Source: Elusimicrobiota bacterium
Lineage (GTDB): Bacteria; Elusimicrobiota; Elusimicrobia; Elusimicrobiales; UBA9959
Direction: 5' to 3'
Length of the DNA: 14,330 nt
NCBI GenBank assembly: GCA_037137395.1
Contig: JBAXKK010000067.1
Coordinates: forward strand, 1-14,330
The notes under the pieces were generated by a model, which did not search any database, was not told the DNA's origin, and worked only from the letters and a program-made list of their open reading frames with translations. The position numbers and the translations under genes were made by a program. Of this stretch, positions 6,584 to 14,127 are shown in pieces; positions within the stretch are counted from its first letter, which is position 1; each line of letters begins with the position of its first letter.

Positions 6584-7865
6584 GATCCCGCCCCTGTGCC
6601 CACTCCAGCTTTACTCTGGCCATGAGCTGCTGATAGACGCCCTCAAGACAGTTTTTTTCAAGTTCGTACATAGCGCACATTGCCCGCAGAGCTGAAAGCG
6701 ACTCGGGCATTTTTTTAACCGCAGCCATGTATTCTTCTTTAACCGCGGCCAAGGTCTCCTTTCTCTTCAGCGTCTCCGCGTCCCAGAATTCCAGATCCTT
6801 GTGCGCCGTTACGATCTCGAAGCGTATCTTATCCTGCAGCTCCACACGCTTAAGGTCGCCCTGGCGCTGCTGGGCCCGACGCTGGACCACCTGTGTCCAG
6901 ATATCGTAGGAAAGCGGGAAATGGATGGCAATGGAAGCAGCCCAGTTATTCGCGCGGATGGAATTATCGCTTAAAGAGTTGACATTGTAGCCTGTAACGT
7001 CGTAACTGGCGCCCAGATAAACATTGGGGTAGCGCCGTATCATGGCCATAGTCACGGCGATATCATCCATCTGAGCTTTGTAGATCTCGCTCTTAAGTTC
7101 GGAACGCATCTCCATAGCCGTCACCAGACTTTTCTGTATAGTGTCCCGAACCGGCCGCGCGGTCAGTTCGCCCGCTATGTCCACCTGATAAGAGGGTTCC
7201 CGGTTGAGCACCCTTACAAGTTCGGTCTTGGAGGCGTCCGCGTCGTGGGCAGACTGTTCGGCCTGTTTTTCAAAACCGGCCAGAAGCATTCTAACCTCTA
7301 TAGCCTCCCAGGCATCTTTGCGAATTTCAGCGCTCATTGCCTGCGCCCTGGATTTACGCTCAAGCGCGAGTTCGCGCAGTTTTTTATTCAAGAGCAGGGT
7401 GTAGAATATCTTTTTGGCGTTGTAAACCACGTCGGTCATGACCGTCTCATAATTCACTTTTGCCTGGCTGTGCGCCGTCTTGGCCATGCGCAGCATGTTC
7501 TTGTTCCGCCCGCCCGTATAAAGCGGCTGGAGAGCGTAGGCCCTCATGGTGTAAAAATTCTCTTTGATAGCCGGGTCAAGATATCTGTCGCCAAGTTCCG
7601 GCCCCAGGATCATGGGATATTCCAGATTGACCTTGGAAAAAGTGCCGGAGAGCGCCAGCTGCGGCATATTCATAAAACGCGCCTCGCGCACGCGCTGTTT
7701 GGCGATGATTATATCCTGTTCGGAAGAAAGGAGCGTGGGATTGTTTTTAACGGCGAGGGAGACCACTTCGTCCAGCATAAGAACATCCTGGTTCTTTGCC
7801 GTCTGGGCCCCGGACGGCAAAGCCGAGGCCAGGAGGATCAGGGCTGTTAGTAGTGACTTGATCAT
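6573..7865 (-). CDS. TolC-family outer-membrane channel protein
   Basis: 430 aa. Signal peptide; L.LDEVV.LA.KNNP, PQLALSG, QPLYTGG, two-repeat OEP pattern, C-terminal ARVKLEWAQG. Confidence 0.88.
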   Translation of the reverse strand: MIKSLLTALILLASALPSGAQTAKNQDVLMLDEVVSLAVKNNPTLLSSEQDIIIAKQRVREARFMNMPQLALSGTFSKVNLEYPMILGPELGDRYLDPAIKENFYTMRAYALQPLYTGGRNKNMLRMAKTAHSQAKVNYETVMTDVVYNAKKIFYTLLLNKKLRELALERKSRAQAMSAEIRKDAWEAIEVRMLLAGFEKQAEQSAHDADASKTELVRVLNREPSYQVDIAGELTARPVRDTIQKSLVTAMEMRSELKSEIYKAQMDDIAVTMAMIRRYPNVYLGASYDVTGYNVNSLSDNSIRANNWAASIAIHFPLSYDIWTQVVQRRAQQRQGDLKRVELQDKIRFEIVTAHKDLEFWDAETLKRKETLAAVKEEYMAAVKKMPESLSALRAMCAMYELEKNCLEGVYQQLMARVKLEWAQGRDLAE

Positions 7866-7876
7866 AAAACTGAATA

Positions 7877-7911
7877 CCGAAGGATTCCCTTCGGGCTAAT
7901 CCTCTAATCCT
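7877..7911. repeat. 7-bp hairpin followed by two copies of the octamer CTAATCCT
   Basis: CCGAAGG (7877-7883), loop ATTC, CCTTCGG (7888-7894); CTAATCCT at 7896-7903 and 7904-7911. Confidence 0.7.
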
Positions 7912-7915
7912 CTGC

Positions 7916-8461
7916 CTATATCTGTATCTTATACTCCGGCATAATCTCGGCTATTTTCGCCGAGACTTCATCCGCCTTGCTTTTCAACACCGGATATGTC
8001 GCGGCGGCTTCAGCCTTAAAGGCCTCCAGCTCTTTCACCGTCAAATTCACAGCGTCAGTCATATTATTGAACTGATCCTGCAGATCTGTCAGCTGATCGC
8101 CCTTTCGCAGACATACCCGGTGGGTAAGATCTCCGGAGGCCACGGTGGCGCAGCTTTTTTCGAATTTATAGATGGGTCCGGCCATCCGGTGAGAAACAAC
8201 AGCCGAAACTATCAGAACGATTATCATATACATGGCTATCTTGATAATAAAAAGCGGCGCCATGCTGAACATATCCTCAAGAAGCGGCTGCATCATGGGA
8301 TGATCGTTTACGACTTTGGAAACGGTCCACATAAGATCCAGTCCCACAATAAGAAACGCCACCAGGACGCTTAAAAATATCAGCGCCATGTAGCGATACT
8401 GCAGCTTCTTCTTGATAAGTATAGTTTTGCGCTGGAACTGCTGATCCGGTTTTTCAGTCAT
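7916..8461 (-). CDS. Small two-TM membrane protein with a HAMP domain and no output domain
   Basis: 181 aa. QRK.ILI...LQYRY, two hydrophobic helices, then HAMP-like SHRMAGPIYKFEK....VASGDLT.RV.LRKGDQL.DL...FN.M. SD AAGGAG at 8472-8467. Confidence 0.8.
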   Translation of the reverse strand: MTEKPDQQFQRKTILIKKKLQYRYMALIFLSVLVAFLIVGLDLMWTVSKVVNDHPMMQPLLEDMFSMAPLFIIKIAMYMIIVLIVSAVVSHRMAGPIYKFEKSCATVASGDLTHRVCLRKGDQLTDLQDQFNNMTDAVNLTVKELEAFKAEAAATYPVLKSKADEVSAKIAEIMPEYKIQI

Positions 8462-8475
8462 AAAGTCTCCTTAGT

Positions 8476-8563
8476 ATAGCGAAATAGCGAGTAGCGAATT
8501 AGTGAACAGTAATAAAAGAATCACAACCACTGTTTCGCCGCTTCACCATTTGGCCGCTTCGCT
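8476..8563. repeat. Inverted pair of degenerate 7-8-nt tandem arrays in the pfk-HAMP spacer
   Basis: Left: ATAGCGAA ATAGCGA GTAGCGAA TTAGTGAA. Right: CTGTTTCG CCGCTTCA CCATTTGG CCGCTTCG. The GCGAA and TTCGC cores are complementary. Confidence 0.7.
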
Positions 8564-8569
8564 CTCTAT

Positions 8570-9604
8570 TTAGAACAACACTTCCATCATGTCGAACCAC
8601 TCTTTTGAAACCGTTTTGAGCTCGCCCGTAGCCTTTTCAAGCGGCACGCCCACGATTTGGTTCCCCACCAGTGCGCTCATCATACCGAACTGGCCCGCGT
8701 GCACAAGATCCGCGGCCTTCATGCCCACCCGGGTAGCTAGTATCCTGTCGAACAGCGTTGGCGCGCCGCCCCGCTGCATGTGACCGATAACAGAGAAACG
8801 GGTTTCTATGCCGGTCTGCTTCTCTATAAATGAAGCCACATGTTCGCCTATCCCCCTGTCCTTAAGAATGCGGTGACCGAACTGGTCCAGGGCGTGTTTA
8901 ATTTTGTCCTCTCCGGCCTCGGGCATTTCAGCGGCTTCGCTGGTAACGACAAGCGCGAAACGCTTTCTGGCGTAGGATTCCTTGATCTTCTTGATCATCT
9001 CAGCAGTGTCAATTTTCCGCTCCGGTATGCAGACAAAATCAGCCGCAGTGGCGATAGCCGTGTAAAGCGCCACCCAGCCTGCGTGCCGGCCCATGACTTC
9101 CAACACCATGACGCGGTGATGGCTGGCGCCGGTATCCATCAGGGACTGCGCGGCTTCCATGGCGCGCGTAACCGAAGTGTCAAAACCAAAAGTATAGTCG
9201 GTGACATTGAGATCGTTGTCCATGGTTTTAGGCACTCCCACGACATTCAGCTTATGATCCCGGTAAAGTTTTGTGGCCACACCCAGGGTATCATCCCCAC
9301 CCATAGCGACCAGAGCGTGAAGGTCCAGCTTTTTAAACGTCTCAAGGCATCTTTGGACGCCGTTCTCTGTTTTGACGGGGTTGGTTCGGGAAGTACCCAG
9401 CATGGTGCCGCCTTTCATCACCATGTATTCCACCACTCCTTTGTCCAAAGGGATGGTCGTGCCCTCCAATAAGCCTTTCCAGCCGTCGGTCAGGCCAACG
9501 CATTCATAACCGTGTTTTTCGGCGGCGTAAACGCAGCCGCGTATAGCGGGGTTAAGTCCGGGGCAATCTCCGCCGCCCGTCAAAATTCCTATTTTCTTCT
9601 TCAT
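8570..9604 (-). CDS. pfkA: 6-phosphofructokinase, PfkA family (short clade, PPi-type signature)
   Basis: 344 aa. LTGGGDCPGLN, GGTMLGTSR, GGDDT, PKTMDND, EVMGRHAGW, GHMQRGG. SD AAGGAG upstream. Confidence 0.95.
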   Translation of the reverse strand: MKKKIGILTGGGDCPGLNPAIRGCVYAAEKHGYECVGLTDGWKGLLEGTTIPLDKGVVEYMVMKGGTMLGTSRTNPVKTENGVQRCLETFKKLDLHALVAMGGDDTLGVATKLYRDHKLNVVGVPKTMDNDLNVTDYTFGFDTSVTRAMEAAQSLMDTGASHHRVMVLEVMGRHAGWVALYTAIATAADFVCIPERKIDTAEMIKKIKESYARKRFALVVTSEAAEMPEAGEDKIKHALDQFGHRILKDRGIGEHVASFIEKQTGIETRFSVIGHMQRGGAPTLFDRILATRVGMKAADLVHAGQFGMMSALVGNQIVGVPLEKATGELKTVSKEWFDMMEVLF

Positions 9605-9632
9605 GGTTTATTCTCCTTTATAAGTATTACAT

Positions 9633-9703
9633 TTTGCCATTTGCTTTTTGCCTTTGGCCGTTCGCAGAAACATCCCGGCATACGGCAAATGGCCAATAGC
9701 AAG
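9633..9703. repeat. Inverted heptamer arrays (TTTGCCN)x5 and (YGGCAAA)x4
   Basis: TTTGCCA TTTGCTT TTTGCCT TTGGCCG TTCGCAG (9633-9667) face CGGCATA CGGCAAA TGGCCAA TAGCAAG (9676-9703). Confidence 0.85.
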
Positions 9704-9705
9704 TT

Positions 9706-10458
9706 TTAAAAATTAGTGTTATACCTCAGCTGCACAATGCGCTCCGTCTTCCTCCGCAATGTGGGGGAGAAATCTCTGGCGGCGCTGAGTTCCCTGACGC
9801 CTAAATCCAGCTGAAAATACGGCGTGATGTATACCCGGGTGCCCACATTGAATCGGGACGGATCGTCCTTATGAAACAGATTGTCGAATTCCAGCAGGAA
9901 AGCGATCCTGTCTTCCAGCGTGTAATTAGCGCCCAGAAAACCGAAGAGGTAACTGTTATCAAAATCGGGCACATTAAAGCCGCCGTGCACCACGAAATTA
10001 GAGACGCCGACTTCCTTTGAGCCGACCAGGTAAAGACCTTTGCCTTTTTCCAGATATTTTTTGGTGACGCTGTCGTAATAGTAGCCCTGTCCGTCATAGC
10101 CCAGCGCCGCGGCGGGGATATAGTATCCTCCGTCAAAGAAGCGGAACTTTACCTGGATCTCGGGCCGGCGCATCTTGATGGGCGAATCCGAACCTATAAA
10201 CTTATCCACCGCCATGGCGGCACCCAGGTTAAGGCGCTCAAGCACTCCGAAATTGAGCGCGGTAAGAACGCCGCCGTTGGAATAGGCCCGTGTCTTGACC
10301 TGAAAGCCGTAATAGTCAAGGATGCCAGCCGTGGGAATATCGATGAGCTCGGTGTCCGGCAGGACTATATTCTCACTTTTGTCCTTAGCCGCGAACGCCG
10401 ATGAATTTAGAACGCATATAGCGCCCAAAAGAGCCGTCAACAGTTTAAGTTTTTTCAT
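9706..10458 (-). CDS. Outer-membrane beta-barrel protein, YjbH-domain-like
   Basis: Signal peptide MKKLKLLTALLGAICVLNSSAFA; LIDIPTAGIL motif; alternating amphipathic beta strands; C-terminal QLRYNTNF ending in Phe. Start at ATG 10458 with AAGGA about 8 nt upstream. Confidence 0.7.
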   Translation of the reverse strand: MKKLKLLTALLGAICVLNSSAFAAKDKSENIVLPDTELIDIPTAGILDYYGFQVKTRAYSNGGVLTALNFGVLERLNLGAAMAVDKFIGSDSPIKMRRPEIQVKFRFFDGGYYIPAAALGYDGQGYYYDSVTKKYLEKGKGLYLVGSKEVGVSNFVVHGGFNVPDFDNSYLFGFLGANYTLEDRIAFLLEFDNLFHKDDPSRFNVGTRVYITPYFQLDLGVRELSAARDFSPTLRRKTERIVQLRYNTNF

Positions 10459-10479
10459 TATTTCCATCCTTTTTAATAG

Positions 10480-10528
10480 ACTCAATTTTAAGCTTTTAAT
10501 ATTGAGCCCTGAATCTTCAATCCTGAAT
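10480..10528. repeat. Degenerate heptamer array downstream of dnaE
   Basis: ACTCAAT TTTAAGC TTTTAAT ATTGAGC CCTGAAT CTTCAAT CCTGAAT, with 7-nt periodicity. Confidence 0.55.
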
Positions 10529-10547
10529 TATTCCGCTTCTCCCGCCG

Positions 10548-13500
10548 TCAATACTCGCTTTCCACCTGCCATGTTTTCTCGCCCAGAATTTTTTCAAGGT
10601 CTTTAAACAGCGCCTCATTAAGGTTAACCCTGTCGCGCGTCTCAACCATGTATGAACGCTTGGCCTTCGTGTGTATCTTCAGATAAACCGGGCACTCCCC
10701 GTGGCTATGACTCAATGTGTTTTTCAGCTCGGTAAGCTGTTTCTCGTCAAAAAGTATACCTTCGGGCAGCTGTATTACGATATTCCTGCCCCATTTATTC
10801 ATTGCCTCAAACAGCCCAAGCACCTCTTCCGCTATCAGTTCAAAAGGGTTAGCGCCGAAGCTGGATTCCTGAACCTTGCCGGTCACAACCACTATCTTAT
10901 TGGGCCCAAGCTGGGGGCCGTAAAGGGTGTATCTCTTGGGGAACAGGCACACGCTGATGCTGCCGGAGAGGTCCTCAAATTCAAACTTGGCCATGGTGTC
11001 GCCTTTTTTGGTCTGCATAACTTTGGACTGCAGAACTATGCCGGCGACGCGCACCGTCTCCCCTGACTTAAAGCCGGCTGCCAGTATTTTTTCAATATTG
11101 GCGTTGGATATCATTGCTATATGGCGCTTGTAACTGTTCAGCGGGTGGCCGGAAAAATAAAAGCCCAGCACTTCTTTTTCGTATTTCAGTATGGTATGCT
11201 CGTTCAGCGCTTCCGAAGGCAATACCGCCGTGTTTGAGGGCTTGCGCGAAGCCGTAACTCCGAAAAGGAGATCCTGCCCTTCCTGATCCTTGCGGCTCTT
11301 AGAACCGGTCTCGCTGAAATTTTCAACGGCGCGGAGCGCCTTGGTACGGGCCATCTCTATGGTAGGAGAAGGGTAGAGATTATCGTAAGCCCCGCTCTTG
11401 GCTAGGGATTCTATTACCCGCTTGTTAAGCTGTTTTGTGTCCGCGCGCAGGGAAAATTCTTCAAAAGACTTGAAAGGCCCGTTCTTCCCCCGCTCCGCCA
11501 TCAGGGCTTCCACCACTCCCTCACCGACATTTTTGACGGCTGTCAGGGCGAAGCGCACGGCCGGTTTGCCGTTCCTTTCCTCTATGGCGAAGATCTTTCC
11601 GGAGCGATTCAGGTCCGGGCCGAGTATCTCAATAGCCATGGCCTGGGCTTCCCCGATATAAGTGACCTGCTTGTTCTCTTTGTCTTCGGAATTCACGGCG
11701 TTATGCCCTATTTCACTGGTCAGCAGGGCGCACATGAACTCTACGGGGTAATTGGCCTTAAGCCATGCGGTCTGATATGCCACCAGCGCGTAAGCCACAG
11801 AATGAGATTTATTAAAACCATATCCGGCGAACTGCAGGATCTGTTCGAAGATCTTGGTGGAAAGCTTGATCGGGATATCGTTCTTCTTGGCCCCATCGGT
11901 GAACTTCGTCCGCAGAATCTCCATCTCTTCGGGCTTCTTCTTGCCCATGGCCTTGCGGAGCGAATCGGCCTCGCCAGGAGTGAACAGCGCCAGCTTCTTT
12001 GAGATCTCCATGACCTGCTCCTGATAGACCATGGTGCCGTAAGTATCTTTCAGTATGGGTTCAAGGACAGGGTGGTCGTACACGATCTTCTTGCGGCCGT
12101 GCTTACGCTCAACGAAGAGCTCCAACATGCCGCTTTGTATGGGGCCCGGGCGGTAAAGCGCGACCAGCGCGGCGATATCGCTGAATTGCGAGGGTTTCAG
12201 GCCTTTAATAAGCTTCTTCATCCCTTCGCTTTCCAGCTGAAAAACTCCTGTCGTGCGGCCGTCACACAGAAGGTCATAGGTCTTCTGATCGTCCAGAGGG
12301 ATAGAGTAAATGTCGAAATCTTTCTCTTTCCCTACCCGTATAAGCCCCGAAGCGGTCTCAATAATGGTAAGGGTCCGCAGCCCCAGAAAGTCCACTTTCA
12401 GCAGGCCGAGTTTGGTCAGCATATTACCGTCGTACTGCGTGGTGATGACATCCTTGTTGTTGCGGTTTGCCAAAGGAACATAATGAACAACAGGCTCCTT
12501 AGTTATTACCACGCCGGCCGCGTGCACGCCAGTCTGCCGGCGCAGCCCTTCTATCTTGGCCGCTATCTCGAACATCTTTTTTATCTTGGGGTCTTTCTGA
12601 TACTCCTTAAGATCGGGTACGGTCTCCACGGCCTTATAAACCGTCATATTCTTTTCCCCTTCAGGGATAAGTTTTGTTATAGCGTTTATGTCGGTCAGAG
12701 GGATGCTCATCACGCGGCCGACATCGCGCACCGCGGTCTTGGACTTGATGGTGCCGTAGGTTATAATATTGGCCACATTATTCACGCCGTATTTCTGCCG
12801 GACATATTCCACGATACTCTCGCGGCCGGAATCAGCAAAATCTATATCCAGGTCGGGCATGCTTTTGCGGTCCGGGTTGAGGAACCGCTCGAACAGCAGG
12901 CCGTTGGTGATAGGGTCCACGCGGGTTATATCCAGCGCGAAAGCCACCAGCGAGCCGGCCCCGGAACCGCGGCCCGGCCCCACGGGCACTCCGTGAGCGC
13001 GGGAATACTGTATAAAATCCATGACAATGAGGAAGTAGCTGGAGAAACCCATGCGCCTTATGACACCAAGTTCGTATTCCATCCGCTTTTTATATTCCTC
13101 ACTGACCCGTCCCAGCTTAACTTCCAGGCCCCGCGCGCAGAGGGCCTTCAGGTATTCGAACTGTGAATCATCCGCGCCATACTTGGCCTTATATTCGGCG
13201 GGTATATCGAAATCCGGTAGATGAAGCTTGCCAGACTCGATCTTAAGGTCGCACATCTCGGCTATGGCGATGGTATTCTTTACCGCTTCGGGGGTGTGGG
13301 AGAAAAGCTGCATCATCTCTTCCGGGCTCTTAAAATACAGCTCGTGCGTTGTCATCTTCATGCGGTCCGGGTCGCCCACAAGGGAGCCGGTGGAGATGCA
13401 TATGTGGGCGTCGTGCGCTTCCCAGTCTTCCTTTTTCTGGTAGTGGCAGTCGTTGGTGGCTACCAGCGGCAGGCCGGTGCGTTTGGCCACTTCAAGCAGG

Positions 13501-14096
13501 CCTTTGAGCGCCGCGGTCTCCTCCGGAATGCCGTGGTCCATCAGTTCGAGAAAATAGTTCCCTTTGCCCATGACGGCGGAATATTCCGAGGCTATCCTGA
13601 CCGCTTCGTCTATCTCCCCTACGGCGCAGGCGCGGGCTACATGGGATTTAAGACAGCCTGAAAGCACCACCAGGCCTTCGTGGTATTGGGCCAGAGTCTC
13701 CATATCAATACGCGGATCGTGATAAAACCCTTTCAAATAACTGTCTGACACCAGCTTCATCAGGTTTTGGTAGCCGGTCTGATTTTGGGCGAGAATAGTG
13801 AGGTGGCCGTTGTCCTTGCGGGAGGAAGTCTTGTCCTTCAGCAGACGCGAGCCTCTGGCGGTGTAGACCTCGCAGCCGATGATGGGTCTGACGCCGGCGG
13901 CCAAAGCGGTGAAGTAGAATTCCATGGCGCCGTACATATTGCCGTGGTCGGTAAAGGCCAGCGCCGGGACCTTCCTGTCCGCCAGGCCTTTGAGGAAATC
14001 GGAAGGCCTGCCTTCGCCGTCGGTGATGCGCAGCATCCCGTCCAGGAGCGAATACTCGGAATGGTTGTGAAGATGGATAAAGCCGGCGGATTTCAT
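10548..14096 (-). CDS. dnaE: DNA polymerase III alpha subunit
   Basis: 1182 aa. PHP domain HLHNHSEYSLLDG, TDHGNMYG, TNDCHY; GRGSGAGS; catalytic PDLDIDF and KVDFLGL; YQEQVM; GFNKSHS; clamp-motif-like QDLLF; C-terminal OB fold. Confidence 0.98.
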   Translation of the reverse strand: MKSAGFIHLHNHSEYSLLDGMLRITDGEGRPSDFLKGLADRKVPALAFTDHGNMYGAMEFYFTALAAGVRPIIGCEVYTARGSRLLKDKTSSRKDNGHLTILAQNQTGYQNLMKLVSDSYLKGFYHDPRIDMETLAQYHEGLVVLSGCLKSHVARACAVGEIDEAVRIASEYSAVMGKGNYFLELMDHGIPEETAALKGLLEVAKRTGLPLVATNDCHYQKKEDWEAHDAHICISTGSLVGDPDRMKMTTHELYFKSPEEMMQLFSHTPEAVKNTIAIAEMCDLKIESGKLHLPDFDIPAEYKAKYGADDSQFEYLKALCARGLEVKLGRVSEEYKKRMEYELGVIRRMGFSSYFLIVMDFIQYSRAHGVPVGPGRGSGAGSLVAFALDITRVDPITNGLLFERFLNPDRKSMPDLDIDFADSGRESIVEYVRQKYGVNNVANIITYGTIKSKTAVRDVGRVMSIPLTDINAITKLIPEGEKNMTVYKAVETVPDLKEYQKDPKIKKMFEIAAKIEGLRRQTGVHAAGVVITKEPVVHYVPLANRNNKDVITTQYDGNMLTKLGLLKVDFLGLRTLTIIETASGLIRVGKEKDFDIYSIPLDDQKTYDLLCDGRTTGVFQLESEGMKKLIKGLKPSQFSDIAALVALYRPGPIQSGMLELFVERKHGRKKIVYDHPVLEPILKDTYGTMVYQEQVMEISKKLALFTPGEADSLRKAMGKKKPEEMEILRTKFTDGAKKNDIPIKLSTKIFEQILQFAGYGFNKSHSVAYALVAYQTAWLKANYPVEFMCALLTSEIGHNAVNSEDKENKQVTYIGEAQAMAIEILGPDLNRSGKIFAIEERNGKPAVRFALTAVKNVGEGVVEALMAERGKNGPFKSFEEFSLRADTKQLNKRVIESLAKSGAYDNLYPSPTIEMARTKALRAVENFSETGSKSRKDQEGQDLLFGVTASRKPSNTAVLPSEALNEHTILKYEKEVLGFYFSGHPLNSYKRHIAMISNANIEKILAAGFKSGETVRVAGIVLQSKVMQTKKGDTMAKFEFEDLSGSISVCLFPKRYTLYGPQLGPNKIVVVTGKVQESSFGANPFELIAEEVLGLFEAMNKWGRNIVIQLPEGILFDEKQLTELKNTLSHSHGECPVYLKIHTKAKRSYMVETRDRVNLNEALFKDLEKILGEKTWQVESEY

Positions 14097-14127
14097 TCCT
14101 AATAATTATATAATTTATAATAAAGCC
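14097..14127. promoter_or_regulatory. Compact AT-rich divergent promoter with overlapping consensus -10 boxes
   Basis: TATAAT on the minus strand at 14110-14105 (8 nt before the dnaE ATG). TATAAT on the plus strand at 14109-14114 and 14116-14121 (the latter 6 nt before the ATG at 14128). Confidence 0.65.

Noticed and set aside
7245..9472. Plus-strand ORFs 7245-7850 and 8840-9472, and other short antisense ORFs in the window
   Set aside because: They are antisense shadows of well-supported genes (TolC, pfk and others) with no recognisable motifs.
10459..10485. TTG start at 10485 for the OM barrel gene
   Set aside because: It lies in the repeat tract. ATG 10458 has a suitably spaced SD and gives a normal signal peptide.
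12072..13166. 364-aa plus-strand ORF
   Set aside because: Entirely antisense to dnaE with no domain-like features; explained by codon bias on the coding strand.
10548..14096. Intein or split in dnaE
   Set aside because: Length is normal (1182 aa), motifs such as GFNKSHS and YQEQ are uninterrupted, and no splice-junction or LAGLIDADG motifs are visible.
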